In this document: positions 36,890 through 49,780 of the stretch, one piece after another
Layout of the letters: every line of letters starts with the position of its first letter
Position numbering within the stretch: position 1 is the first letter of the stretch
Assembly (NCBI GenBank): GCA_964016885.1
Contig: OZ024741.1
Span: forward strand, 345,898,001-345,962,000
Source: Eledone cirrhosa
Taxonomy: Eukaryota
Reading direction: 5' to 3'
DNA length: 64,000 nt
Notes under the pieces: generated by a model
Told to the model about the DNA's origin: nothing
What the model saw: only the letters and a program-made list of their open reading frames with translations
Databases searched by the model: none
Made by a program: the position numbers and the translations under genes

Positions 36890-39413
36890 CGTGTGCGTGT
36901 GCTGTGTGTGTGCTGTGTGTGTGTGTGTGATTGTGTGTTTTTGCGTGCGGGTGTGTATGTTTGTGTGTCTGCTGTCGACTGTATTTACGAGTAAATATTT
37001 CAAAAGAGTAGGTTTATTTACACTCATATATCCTGCTTGCACACACATGCTCACGCTACAATAAATACATAGAAATACAACAGAAAAAATTCCACACAAA
37101 TACCCCCCCCACACACACACACATACACACGCACCCACCCATATAAAGGGTTTATGCCTTTGTAGGTGTGTATTTAAATAAGCAAGTACGCAAATAGGTT
37201 AACCAGAAGGTCAGCACATCTCTCATAATAACAATACGTTCAGGGCTTTAGACTTTATACGTTTTAGAATTTATTAAGATTTTCGACATTGTGTGTGACA
37301 ATCAAACTTCAACTCCAAACTTCCAAATAAAAGAAGACAGTGCATTATCGATTACCAATGTAGATTGAAGTCATGCCAATGACCACATATATAAATTCCG
37401 ATTGGCATTCCAGTTAATTCTGTCAATTTTCGAAACGTTGCACGATTGATATTATTGTTAGTTAACAATCAATTCTCTGATTGTGTATGGTGTGTTTAAG
37501 GCATTCTTGTGCTTCTGACTTGTGACTTAAGACTATGACTGTTAATGTATTATTATGAAACGTGTTTGCTTTATGACCAAACAAAAATCGATACCTATAT
37601 GTATACATACGTAGGTAGTTTATACTTAGAGAGAATATATTGATTTTTTTTCTCTTTTTCCTACGTACAAATGTTTAAATTTCTCTCTTTTCAAGTTTGT
37701 ACTTCTCATCTGACACTGTCTACTCTAAGTATTGACTATTCACGATGATTTAAAAAATTATATTTGAGAAAGTAGGACACAAAAAATTTAACATCATTGT
37801 AGTTGCTATGGAATTAATGTGAGGATATATAGTATCTTGGTCAAATAGCCACACTAAAACCCAGTGAGACCAGTGATTAAAAGTGACTGTTTTTTATATT
37901 TCTGATACTACATTGTTCAATGTCTCCCTCCATTTTAAAATGTAACATTTAGTTGCTATTTATATATAGCAGATTCAGTGCCAGTAGTTCGGTTCTCTGT
38001 TGTCTTTTACAAGAGTAAATGTATTCATCAGATAATGACTGTATGGCGTGCGTGTTGATTTTAATATTCTACAACTGTAATTATCAAGTCCCTTTGATTG
38101 AGTCGGTTCATAAATTATCATTAACGCTTCACTCTATGTGCAAGGATTTAGAATTTGATTATTAATTCTTTACTGGCTATAGACACGCTATGCTCCAACA
38201 CCAAATTATACCAGTACATTCTAGACAGTAATAGAGCTTCTATAGAGCCTGCTACATATAGGAGCTCTATAAGAAATAAATCGCCTTTAAATCATACTCT
38301 ACCCTGATGGGAAAAGAAACAACACATTGGAAATTATATTTCTCCATAATCATAAGAAGATAAGATGGCCGTGGTGTTTCTGCCCAAGCGTGGTAATCTT
38401 TAGACTAAACAACAACTATAACATTGAAGCTAACGAGGGACGATCTAGTCTGTCTCGCTCGACCTGTACACATATTTGCCCCAAATATCTTATCGTTACA
38501 AGAAACTAAGGGCATATAAGTTAACGTAGTTCAAGTGACATGTTTCAATAAGCATTTAGGATGGTTATGATATAATGTCTTTGATTACAGTTTATATGGT
38601 CAGAGCTGATCTAAAGTTAAACATTTAAAATAGAAACAAAACAGCAACAACAACAAATAAATCTAAGTGTTTCTCTTAAATGACAGCTGTCATATTACGA
38701 GTTTGAACTATGGCAGCTTTGCACGTACATTACAGAGGATTTATTAATCACAACGCCGAAGGAAGACTAATGACAACTCTAGATAAAAGAAGACCACTAG
38801 AATGGCTTTGTGTCTTCTGCAAGACCATAGGAGAGAAAAACGAAACTAATAAGAAATTCATTATGCCCTCGATTTTCAATGTCCTTTGCGGCACTAATTC
38901 ACACTCGGCCATTCTGTTACACACCCGCAAATGCACACGTGCATACGTGCTAAAACAAGTTGAGTATAGTGTATATATTATTGTGCGTGTGAATTCATCG
39001 AGCTAGCCTCCCTCTAGTCGTCCCCAAGCAATCATTGAACATGACCGTCAGTTTTAGGTGGAGAGACGTTATATAATTAGTCCAATATCCTAGCACACCA
39101 ACGGGCCTAGTGATCTCCAGTTGATTAATTTAATGGTCTGCTTTTGAAGGGTTTCAACCGAGATACTCAAATAAGGTTGCTGGTGTGCTTGTTCCAAAAG
39201 TAGAAACAATCACTTTTATTAACAGTATGCTTTTTAAGGATTCCGAATACGGTGTAACACCAAACCTAGAATAACCCACCGACAATCGGACCAATATTGT
39301 CATTGAGTGCTCAAACTGGTGAACCGATATTAACTAAAATTTACATACAAATAAACTATCTCTCTCGCTCTCTCTCTCACTCTCTCTCAATCTATCTATC
39401 TCCATATATATAT

Positions 39414-39480
39414 ATGTAAATATGATATAGCCATACGTAGAAGAATATACACACATGTACATATATAACCACGTATTCAT

Positions 39481-39557
<77 letters not shown>

Positions 39558-39710
39558 AATATAATATAGCCATACATAGAAGAATATACGCACATGAACA
39601 TATATAACCACGTATTCATCCCCCCCCCCCCATATATATATATATATGTAAATATAATATACCCATACGTAGAAGAATATACACACATGTACACATATAA
39701 CCACTTATTG
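39414..39710. repeat. Three ~65-bp tandem units separated by microsatellites
   Basis: TATGTAAATATRATATASCCATACRTAGAAGAATATAC..ATAACCAC at about 39414, 39552 and 39645. Confidence 0.85.
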
Positions 39711-39759
<49 letters not shown>

Positions 39760-39761
<2 letters not shown>

Positions 39762-39963
39762 ACGAAGGAAATGTGGTAAGGAACCAGGAGGACCATAACG
39801 CACCAAAGTACTCAATATTTAGAGTAGTAGAGTGGGTAATAGGAACGAGTAGGACCCCGACGGCTGAGCTCAATCCGTTTCGACGGCTAATTCTGGACAT
39901 TATTAGCCGTCCAGAATTAGCCGTCGAAACGGCTTGAGCTCAGCCGTCGGGGTCCTACTCGTT

Positions 39964-39967
<4 letters not shown>
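39760..39967. mobile_element. Fold-back family member: 59-bp arms (39840-39898 / 39909-39967) plus 80-nt tail
   Basis: Direct reverse-complement match; flanked by (TA)n. Confidence 0.85.
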
Positions 39968-39999
<32 letters not shown>

Positions 40000-40002
<3 letters not shown>

Positions 40003-41890
40003 GTATTTCAAATTATTAACAACGTAACATTTCTTTTATTGTATTTAAAAAGTACTTGGTGGAATTCAACGAAATTTTCACAGAATGAAGACAACAGTAA
40101 TATGCGTGGGGTGTGAAACAACGCAGAAACTACGGCTATTTAGCAGATTTATGTAAACTTTCAATTTTAAATTATTAGCAAGGTGAAATTAAAACAAGAA
40201 AATACCAATGTAATTTGTTTGATGTACTGAAATGAATACATAGAGTAATTACCACGGTAGAAATAGAGTTAGTTAGGGATAGATGAGCTGGTTAGTAGGG
40301 GATAGATGAGTTGGTTAGTAGGGGTGTATGAGCTGGTTAGTAACGGATATATGAGCTGATTAGAAGGGATATATGAGCTGGTTAGTAGGGGTATATATGA
40401 ACTGGTTAGTAGGGGGTATACGAGCTGGTTAGTAGGGGATATATGAGCTGGTTGGTTAGTAGGGGATAGATGAGCTGGTTAGTTAGGGATAGATGAGCTG
40501 GTTAGTAGGGGATAGATGAGCTGGTTAGTTAGGGATAGATGAGCTGGTTAGTAGGGGATATATGAGCTGGTTAGTAGGGGGTATATGAACTGGTTAGTAG
40601 GGGGTATATATGAACTGGTTAGTAGGGGATAGATGAGCTGGTTAGTTAGGGATAGATGAGCTGGTTACTAGAGGATATATGAACTAGTTAGTAGGGGGTA
40701 TATATGAACTGGTTAGTAGGGATATAAGAGCTGGTTAGTTAGGGATAGATGAGCTGGTTAGTAGGGGATAGATGAGCTGGTTAGTAGGGGATATATGAAC
40801 TGGTTAGTAGGGGATATACAAGCTGGTTAGTAGGGATATATGAGCTGGTTAGTAGGGGATATACAAGCTGGTTAGTAGGGATATATGAGCTGGTTAGTAG
40901 TGGATAGATGAGCTGGTTAGTAGGGGATATATGAACTGGTTAGTAGGGGATATATGAGCTGGTTAGTAGGGGATATATGAGCTGGTTAGTAGGGATATAA
41001 GAGCTGGTTAGTTAGGGATAGATGAGCTGGTTAGTAGTGGATATATGAGCTGGTTAGTAGGGATATATGAGCTGGTTAGTAGTGGATATATGAACTGGTT
41101 AGTAGGGGATTTATGAGCTAGTTAGTAGGGGATATACAAGCTGGTTAGTAGGGAAATATGAGCTGGTTAGTAGGGGATATATGAGCTGGTTAGTAGGGGA
41201 TATACAAGCTGGTTAGTAGGGATATATGAGCTGGTTAGTAGGGGATATATGAGCTGCTTAGTAGAGGATATATGAAGTGGTTAGTAGGGGATATATGAGC
41301 TGGTTAGTAGGGATATATTAGCTGGTTAGTAGGGGATATATGAGCTGGTTAGTAGGGATATATGAGGGAAATATGAGCTTTTTCAGAAGATGACATCGGG
41401 TAATTCTGGACACATTTGTTTCACCGATGCGCGTGTAAAGTTCTCCACTTGTAAGACATGAATTTTTTACAGCTTCACGACAGAGAACATTGAGAAACAG
41501 CCCTCAACTGACCTTTGTCGGCTCTCTTACGTATCTTGTAGGAGCTGTAACAAATTGCTGATATCTTCCAATTATTTTAGTTATTTCTAATGTTGATTTA
41601 CCTTTTGCAAGTTCAGAAATAATAATAGATTCCTCTAAAGCTGCTAAGTCACATTTACGATTCATAATTACATGATTATCAGACTGCTTGTTAATAATTT
41701 GGAACAATGAAAGTTCGTAGAAATCATGCAAATGGTCACGGTTTGCTTACAATTGAGAAAAACCTCACGATCTTTACACACTTCGCGCATATACCGTGGA
41801 CATCATTCTGTGGAAATGTTGAATTGCAATGAATACTTTTTAAATAAAATAAAGGTTTTACGTTGTTAATATTTCAAACGTTGTTTATAT
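40000..41890 (-). mobile_element. Degenerate Tc1-like transposon containing a minisatellite
   Basis: Imperfect TIRs (..AAATTATTAACAACGTAA / TTACGTTGTTAATATTT..); HTH relic MNRKCDL..EESIIISELAKGKSTLEITKIIGR. Confidence 0.6.
40266..41378 (+). repeat. G-rich minisatellite, 21-22 bp unit GAGCTGGTTAGTAGGGGATATAT (roughly 50 copies)
   Basis: Direct inspection. Confidence 0.97.
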
Positions 41891-42938
41891 AATAAAAACG
41901 AAAAATCAGTGATGCATCTGAACTCAATTTATTGTGTGTTACAATTGTTTCGCCGGCGGACAGCTCAAGACGCGATCGTTGTGTGGATCTGTCTGATTCT
42001 GGACCTGGACGTTCGACAGACACGTCTAATGATTTCGGAGCATATTCTCTCACTGGGGTATCTGACCCTCTGGGCCAGTACCGTCAAAAACTTCATCCTC
42101 TTCGCGCCTCCAGTGATTGGCCGCTGGTTGACTACGTCATCATACTTCTGACCTCAGGTACCATTCCGCTGTCCCATGTCTGCTACACTTCAATGAATTA
42201 CTGCTGTGTTTGATAGTTCACACATCTATGCGCACGCGCGCGCGCACACACACACACAATCACATAGATAACGACAGTCGTACGCATAGACTCCCGCTAT
42301 ACCCACACATTAAGGAGAACATATAAACATATAAACATACGTATACATTCATCCAAGGCACGTATATACACAGACACATGCCCACAAGCCTATATACGTC
42401 AACACGCATACACATGCTCATACACATGGATACGCGTATATATACACGTACACACAAACATGTACAGACTTATACACAGACCCCCCCCCCTCCATCCACG
42501 CACAGACACATACACACACGTACCCATATATACACGCACAGATACACACTTGCTCGCAAACACGCACATATATATATATATATACAAACAAACAAGCCCT
42601 ATCCTTACAGAGGTGCTTGTTCACACACATACACTGGCCCATATACACTCCTACAAATATGCGCATATTCCCATACACATCCACGCACGCATAAAAAAAT
42701 ATATATATCTATATATATATATACACATAAACAGAATATACACACAAAGTCATATAAAGATACACAATGGGTCGTACATGAAAGGATGCATCTTGTTATA
42801 AACATGTACACATATAAAAATATATACATATATATATATGAAAAACCTGGCTTTCGAGCCACTTTTTCCATATAAAACAAGTAACATTTAGAGACCAACC
42901 AGATGTGAGAAAAACCACAGACCCTCCATCTCAACTCA

Positions 42939-42976
42939 CCTTTTGAAAAGCAGAAGAACTGCGAAACCGGTAAAGG
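42939..42976 (+). ncRNA. Minimal type I hammerhead ribozyme with U3-A8 core
   Basis: CCTT-TTGAAAA-GCAG(AAGAA)CTGC-GAA-ACCGGT-A-AAGG: stems I and II fully paired, palindromic stem III, GUA site. Confidence 0.75.
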
Positions 42977-43107
42977 AACCAAATAAATATATATATTTAA
43001 CAAAAAAATAAGACTTCAGTTGCATTTTCGATTTCATCTCTTTTTCTTTATACTTCCACTCGTGTAGGACACCTCGGTTATTTTTCATTTTGTAAAAAAA
43101 ACCTCAC

Positions 43108-43146
<39 letters not shown>

Positions 43147-43149
<3 letters not shown>

Positions 43150-44457
43150 ATAATAATAAATTTGAAGACTAAAATCCAAAGAGGGCTCGATAAGGATAAA
43201 TACATATCAAATATATAAGAACCGTAGAGCAAATATTTACTAAAATAACATTAAAGTTTAAGCAAAGAATCGCTGCTTTCACCCTTAACGGGATCTTCTG
43301 AAACTAACAAAGTCAATCTGTAAACGCAGAAGTGGATATTTCAAAAAACGTTGCAACCGGAGGAATACAGGAAGACGTTACTTTGGTTCGTGGAAAAGTT
43401 CCCTGGCAAAGAACGGGAAAAAACGAATATAATACGTCATTAATAGGAGCGGTGAAAAACAATTACGCGCAAAGACAGAACCACGTTTATGGTATAAAAG
43501 AAGTCGTAGACTAATGTTCTCTTAGGTGGTTCATAGAGACGTTCTCTGGCAATGAACGGAAAAAACGAAGATAATACGTCATATGTGGAACGTGGAGAAG
43601 AATTGCACGCAAAGACAAAACAACGTAAATGGTATAGCTGATGTCGTAGACTAAAATTCTAACTAGGAAACCAAAAGAATCTCCGCTTCAGAGTTAAGAA
43701 TAAAGTAAAAAAATACGATACAGAGGTAATAGAAATTAAATAAATACATACACGCATGGAAATACGTAAATACACAAGCATACGCGAAAACACTTGCCAT
43801 AGGTATACAAAACCACGCACATATAAATATGTGTGTGTGTGTATGCGTGTATACAAATAAATAAATAAATAAACGTATATAAATAAATAAATACGTATAT
43901 AACAAGCGCACACACATACGTACATGTAAATACACAAATGTTCGGATACGTACGTCAACCAAAACATGAAGTACACAATTACACACACCCTACATACGTA
44001 CGAACCTGCATACTCACACAGATGCAAAACTCCCGTATACACATAACCAAACCATATGTACCAGAATATATAAAATTATACGCCATAACATATACAATCA
44101 AATGTACGTACGAGAAAGTATACGTACCTTCACAACACATACAGGTAATATATACGTCTCTATGAACCACCTAAGAGAACATTAGTCTACGACTTCTTTT
44201 ATACCATAAACGTGGTTCTGTCTTTGCGGGTAATTGTTTTTCACCGCTACTATTAATGTCGTATTATATTCGTTTTTTCCGGTTCTTTGCCAGGGAACTT
44301 TTCCACGAACCAAAGTATCGTCTTCCTGTCTTCCTCCGGTTGCAACGTTTTTTGAAATATCCACTTCTGCGTTTACAGATTGACTTTGTTAGTTTCAGAA
44401 GATCCCGTTAAGGGTGAAAGCAGCGATTCTTTGCTTAAACTTTAATCTGTTATTTTA

Positions 44458-44464
<7 letters not shown>
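43147..44464. mobile_element. Fold-back insertion: ~310-bp arms (43234-43542 / 44154-44464) plus ~87-nt tail
   Basis: The arms give near-identical ORF-track peptides (MDISKNVATGG..) on opposite strands; (TA)n on both sides. Confidence 0.88.
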
Positions 44465-44496
<32 letters not shown>

Positions 44497-44532
44497 GTGT
44501 AGACGCGTTCTTGAGACTAGTAAAATGAGGTA

Positions 44533-44620
44533 TCCTCTTGATAAGTTGGCAGACCTCGCAAGGACTCTATATCTTTGATATATTGTTTTTGTTTATGCCA
44601 CGAAACTACGTAGTCGAGGA
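44533..44620 (+). ncRNA. Type I hammerhead ribozyme with U3-A8 core (copy 1)
   Basis: TCCTC-TTGATAA-GTTGGCA...TGCCAC-GAA-ACTACGTAGT-C-GAGGA; predicted cleavage after GUC at 44615. Confidence 0.8.
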
Positions 44621-45123
44621 ATTTAGGAGCAGTTTAGGTATGATACATTTTATTACTAATTATATCTAAATGTTTCTTCTCTCTTCATAATGTATTTTTA
44701 ACTCTGATACTGGTTCAGTCTGGTTCAAACTGAATTGGTCTGTCCCAGTCATTCATTGAGCAACATCGGTGAAGTTGGCACCCTTAACTCGCAGTTGGGT
44801 GCGGATGCATTCATGTATATATGTGTGTGTCCGCATGTATCTGTGTGTTTCTAAATATATTAATAACTCCCTCTGGTCGAGCAATCTTTGAAGTGTGGGG
44901 ACAACTGGAAAGCTTCCATTACTCGTACTTCTCGCCTTCTTCACTACCTCTTCTACGGCCTCGATATGAATACCCCCTCCGCCTCCGTGGTATTTTCTTC
45001 GTGGTTATAAGAGGCTTAGCTCTGTTTCTCGACCGTTATATCGCGTGACTATCTCCCCCTCCGCCTTTTGGGATTCTTTCTCACGTCGTGTAGACGCGTT
45101 CTTGAGACTAGTAAAATGAGGTA

Positions 45124-45211
45124 TCCTCTTGATAAGTTGGCAGACCTCGCAAGGACTCTATATCTTTGATATATTGTTTTTGTTTATGCCACGAAACTAC
45201 GTAGTCGAGGA
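45124..45211 (+). ncRNA. Type I hammerhead ribozyme with U3-A8 core (copy 2)
   Basis: Identical to 44533-44620; predicted cleavage after 45206. Confidence 0.8.
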
Positions 45212-45442
45212 ATTTAGGAGCAGTTTAGGTATGATACATTTTATTACTAATTATATCTAAATGTTTCTTCTCTCTTCATAATGTATTTTTAACTCTGATA
45301 CTGGTTCAGTCTGGTTCAAACTGAATTGGTCTGTCCCAGTCATTCATTGAGCAACATCGGTGAAGTTGGCACCCTTAACTCGCAGTTGGGTGCGGATGCA
45401 TTCATGTATATATGTGTGTGTCCGCATGTATCTGTGTGTTTC

Positions 45443-45482
<40 letters not shown>

Positions 45483-45486
<4 letters not shown>

Positions 45487-45618
45487 AACGAGTAGGACCC
45501 CGACGGCTGAGCTCAGCCGTCGGGGTCCTACTCGTTCCTATTACCTACTCTACTACCCTAAGTATTGAGTACTTTGGTGCATTATGGTCCACCTGGTTCC
45601 TTACCACATTTCCTCCGT

Positions 45619-45620
<2 letters not shown>
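45483..45620. mobile_element. Fold-back family member: perfect 58-bp loopless palindrome (45483-45540) plus 80-nt tail
   Basis: TAGGAACGAGTAGGACCCCGACGGCTGAG|CTCAGCCGTCGGGGTCCTACTCGTTCCTA. Confidence 0.9.
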
Positions 45621-45649
<29 letters not shown>

Positions 45650-45924
45650 CTACCTCCAAATAAAGTCATATAATTCAATTTACTACTAATTTTGAATGAA
45701 ATTCTCAATGCTTTTGACAACACCAAGTAAATAATTGACATACATGTAAGTAAATATTTTCCTTATCTGATATTTTGTAACTAACCTTACATAGATCGAT
45801 AACGAAGTATGGTTACAATGTATTATCATCACCTAGAAACGATCGTAAAGCAGTGAAGTATATTTCTAATGACTTGAATTTTTTATTTCATTGCTTTAAC
45901 TTATATATATATTTTTTTAAGGAA

Positions 45925-46130
45925 CGATCGACTTTTTTGTCAAATCGGACCGAGGGAACAATGTTTCCGTTGGTCTTTCCAATTGCTAATACTATCTATC
46001 GGTCGCAACTCCAGGTAGAAGGAGCAACGTGAAATAAAGTGTCTTGCTCAAGGACATAACGCATCGCCTGGTCCAGGAATCGAACTCACAACCTTACGAT
46101 TGCGAATACAATTCTCTAACCACTCAGCCA
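45925..46130 (-). mobile_element. Second tRNA-derived SINE family
   Basis: Minus-strand A-box TGGCTGAGTGG and B-box GTTCGATTCC followed by GTCCTTGAGCAAGACACTT; second copy at 50219-50425. Confidence 0.8.
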
Positions 46131-46638
46131 CATACGTATATACATATATAAAAAAAAATATATCTAAAATATAAAATTTATTAAAAATATACATACAACG
46201 GCACATAGAGATACACAGTGGGCTATACATGAAAGGATGCGCCCAGTTGTATGTGTCTACAGAGATGATGTTACGTTGCGAACATGGATCAATCCACGTG
46301 TGGAATCTTCACGCAAAGCCATATAATGAGCGTTCATTGTATTACAGTACATAGTATGCGCAGACCGTACAAAGAAAGTGCGTGCAGAATATATATATAT
46401 AAAAAAAGAAGAAGGAACGTGTATGCATATGAGATACACACGTGGGTCTGTATACAGAAAATACATTAGGTGTTACAAAATGGAATTCGAAATCTCTATT
46501 GAAAAAATACACTTCGTTTTTTATTATATCATACTCTGCTCTGTAAGAGCATAGAGTGCTCAACCGGCATACCGCCTATGGAAGCATCTTAGCTACCATC
46601 AGACACACACACATACACACACACATATATATATATGT

Positions 46639-46685
<47 letters not shown>

Positions 46686-46688
<3 letters not shown>

Positions 46689-46877
46689 CGAAAGAAATGT
46701 GGTAAGGAACCAGATGGACCATAACGCACTAAAGTACTCAATACTTAGGGTAGTAGAGTGGGTAATAGGAACAAGTATGACCCCGACGGCAGAGCACAAG
46801 CCGTTTCGATGGCTAATTCTGGACTGAATTACCCGTCGAAACGGCTAGAGCTCTGCCGTCGGGGTCATACTTGTTCC

Positions 46878-46879
<2 letters not shown>
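46686..46879. mobile_element. Fold-back family member: ~54-bp arms plus 80-nt tail
   Basis: Homologous to 39760-39967; both arms share private variants. Confidence 0.85.
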
Positions 46880-46914
<35 letters not shown>

Positions 46915-47062
46915 AGTATATGTTGGTTGTTTACCGACACCTCAGTATGCAGATTGGAGCACTCGACAAAGTACACAGTTTGGTTTGTTTACTCCGGTTT
47001 AAAGTAAAATAATTAAGTCAAATATGTAAAATTTGCCTTCGTTTATTATAACTTATAGATAT

Positions 47063-47117
47063 ACTGCAATATATATTTCGGTGACAGCCATCATTGGCTG
47101 TGACCTCTTCAGGCAGT
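47063..47117 (-). ncRNA. Canonical type I hammerhead ribozyme
   Basis: ACTGC-CTGAAGA-GGTCACAGCCA(ATGA)TGGCTGTCACC-GAA-ATATATAT-T-GCAGT. Confidence 0.88.
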
Positions 47118-47236
47118 CCGAATTGGTGTGGTAGAGACAGGTATACATGTTGTTGAAATGTGTTTTACTCCGTCAATACATCGATATGTCCAGCTCCTGG
47201 TTGTGTTGTTATTTCTCTGAGGAACTGGAATCATAT

Positions 47237-47306
<70 letters not shown>

Positions 47307-47312
<6 letters not shown>

Positions 47313-47384
47313 TAAAATAACAGATTAAAGTTTAAGCAAAGAATCGAGCCCCCTTTGGATTTTAGTCTTCAAATTAATTATTAT

Positions 47385-47389
<5 letters not shown>
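47307..47389. mobile_element. Minimal two-ended derivative of the 43147 family
   Basis: Only the two family termini, joined at ATCG microhomology; (TA)n on both sides. Confidence 0.75.
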
Positions 47390-47443
<54 letters not shown>

Positions 47444-47624
47444 CGGATGAATACCTCAACAGGTACAATGTACTTGTAGAAATATGCAGGTTGTTTATAA
47501 TAACTTGTGGTTCAATGGTACTAATTCGAGATGCGAGAACAATATAAAAAGTAGCGGAGCAAGCGGTTATCAAACAATTCTCTAAATAAATTAAAACACG
47601 ATTTTCATAATCACCTGTTCCATT

Positions 47625-47705
47625 GCTGTTACCGACGGTTTCATCATTCCAAAAGATTGGAAATCCAGAGAATTTCCAATGGAAAGAAATGAATCTTCAG
47701 ACAGC
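47625..47705 (-). ncRNA. Canonical type I hammerhead ribozyme with extended stem II
   Basis: GCTGT-CTGAAGA-TTCATT..TTGGAAAT(..)ATTTCCAA..AATGAT-GAA-ACCGTCGGT-A-ACAGC; GUA site. Confidence 0.85.
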
Positions 47706-48379
47706 CTATTTCCACACTATAAGGTTGCAAGTAAATATTTCGCTTCCTGCCTAACGCATGTGGTCAAGCCGTTAAAATGACACACACGCAAAATCAGGTC
47801 GCTGATAATAGCTGTATATTATAAACATGTTGATATTGCCACTAAAATTAGCAGCATTTTTCAACGTTTTGTTCTCTACATAAGTCCTGCTCTTGTGTTG
47901 TCTTTTAGTTATATATATATATATATATATCTGTCGGGCGTCCATTCGGCGCCGCTGGTCACAGCACGTTGTACTGTTTTAGCCATAAGATAACGCCATA
48001 CATATATATAAGGTGTAACTATGTAGAGTATATTAAAAGAAAGCAGTAATTAACTAGTAATTAAGACGCCAAAATCATCAATACGCATTAGTTATAAATA
48101 TACATTACAGATTTTACAAGAAAAATTCAAGTGAAATTACCTCGTTGTTGATGTTAAAATCTCCAGACAGTAAAACCCTTAGAACAAAATAACGTGCTTA
48201 TGTTATAAAATATATCAACCACGCCGTTTTAGCGTTGGAGTTCCTACAGTCTGACATAAAAAGCTAGAGGTTAATAGGGAAGCCTGAAGTAGGTGACTAA
48301 ATTTTCCAATATAAACAACTCAACCTAGATTAAATTAATCAATTAAAGGGAGTAGCAATAATATGAAAATATAGACTAA

Positions 48380-48410
<31 letters not shown>

Positions 48411-48412
48411 TA

Positions 48413-48533
<121 letters not shown>

Positions 48534-48989
48534 GTGTATGTGAATATATATAGCTACACACGTCTGTTCTTCAAATTGGTATCATTCTAATCCCTTTCTT
48601 ATTTCTTGTTTATTCTATTTTTAGCTAATCTACTTCGATTAAGTCTTCTATTCCCGAAATATCAGATCCTTTTTTTCCTTTCCATTCGCTTTAAATACAT
48701 TTCTTTTTGCGTTTTTGTGAATATATTTTGTTCACCTCTAGTCTCTTTATAAAACCTTATGTTTAACTTGGTTTAAACTCTCACGCTACACACTTATCTA
48801 TTCCTTCTTCGTTCTGGTCGTGTCAACGTTTTGTGAGAGATTAATGCTTAAATACTCAAACGAATAAGTATAAGAGGCTGATAGGGCGCAAGCCAACCTC
48901 ACCGCAATGCGATGGTCCGAGAGAAAGCATTTATGTTGATGCATTGCTAAGGAGGTACTATGTATGACAAATATGTTGATGAATTATAA

Positions 48990-49180
48990 TAATTGTTTCT
49001 ACTTTAGGCACAAGGCCAGCAATTAACCCAGTGCATTACTGGTACTTTATTCTATCCACCACCGTAAGGATGAAAGGCAAAGTTAACCTCGGCGGGATTT
49101 GAACTCAGACCATAAAGGGCCGTAACTCTATGCTGCAAAGTATGGCGTCCGACCCTCTACCGATACTGCCAATCCACCTA
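48990..49180 (-). mobile_element. Octopus-type SINE
   Basis: Reverse complement of the SINE consensus seen at 36654. Confidence 0.85.
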
Positions 49181-49414
49181 TAATAATATACATACACAGC
49201 CGCACACATACGTACATTTACCACTACCCAGCACACACATACACACACTTACACATATCCGTATATTCTGTCAGAATATTTGCTGACGTAGAATAGTTTG
49301 GTGGTTCATTGATGTCAATAATGTAACTTTACTATTGATAAAAGTTAACTGTTCTCTGATAGCTAACTTGTGATCATAGGTATAACACATAGAAGTATAT
49401 GAGACCAAGTACAT

Positions 49415-49780
49415 GACAACAACCAACACTACCACCACCAATAAAACCACCACCACCACCACCACCACTACCACCACCAATACTACCACCACCACCACCG
49501 CCGCCACCACCACTACCATTAACAGCAGCACCAACAGCAGCAGCAGTAACAGCATCCCCTCATGACCGCTACCACCACCACCACCACCACAAACACCACC
49601 ATTGTTACCTGCCTCATCCCACCACCACCACCACCACCACCACCACCACCACCATCACCACTGTTACCACCACCACCACCACCACCACCAACGCTACCTC
49701 CACCATCATCACCACCACCACAACCCCCACCACCACAAACACCGCAACCACCACCACAACTAACAACAAAGTCAACAACA
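49415..49780. repeat. Degenerate (CAC)n/(CAG)n microsatellite
   Basis: Direct inspection; explains the poly-P/G/V ORFs. Confidence 0.9.

Larger units (their letters stand above)
44494..45451 (+). mobile_element. Tandem pLTR/retrozyme-like unit: two identical 367-bp direct repeats (44494-44860 / 45085-45451), period 591 bp
   Basis: No differences seen between the repeats; each carries a hammerhead; flanked by (TA)n. Confidence 0.88.

Noticed and set aside
40266-41378. CRISPR array or true telomere
   Set aside because: No unique spacers and not a pure TTAGGG repeat; it is a minisatellite.
45925-46130. tRNA gene
   Set aside because: The A/B boxes belong to a SINE head followed by a SINE body; no complete cloverleaf.
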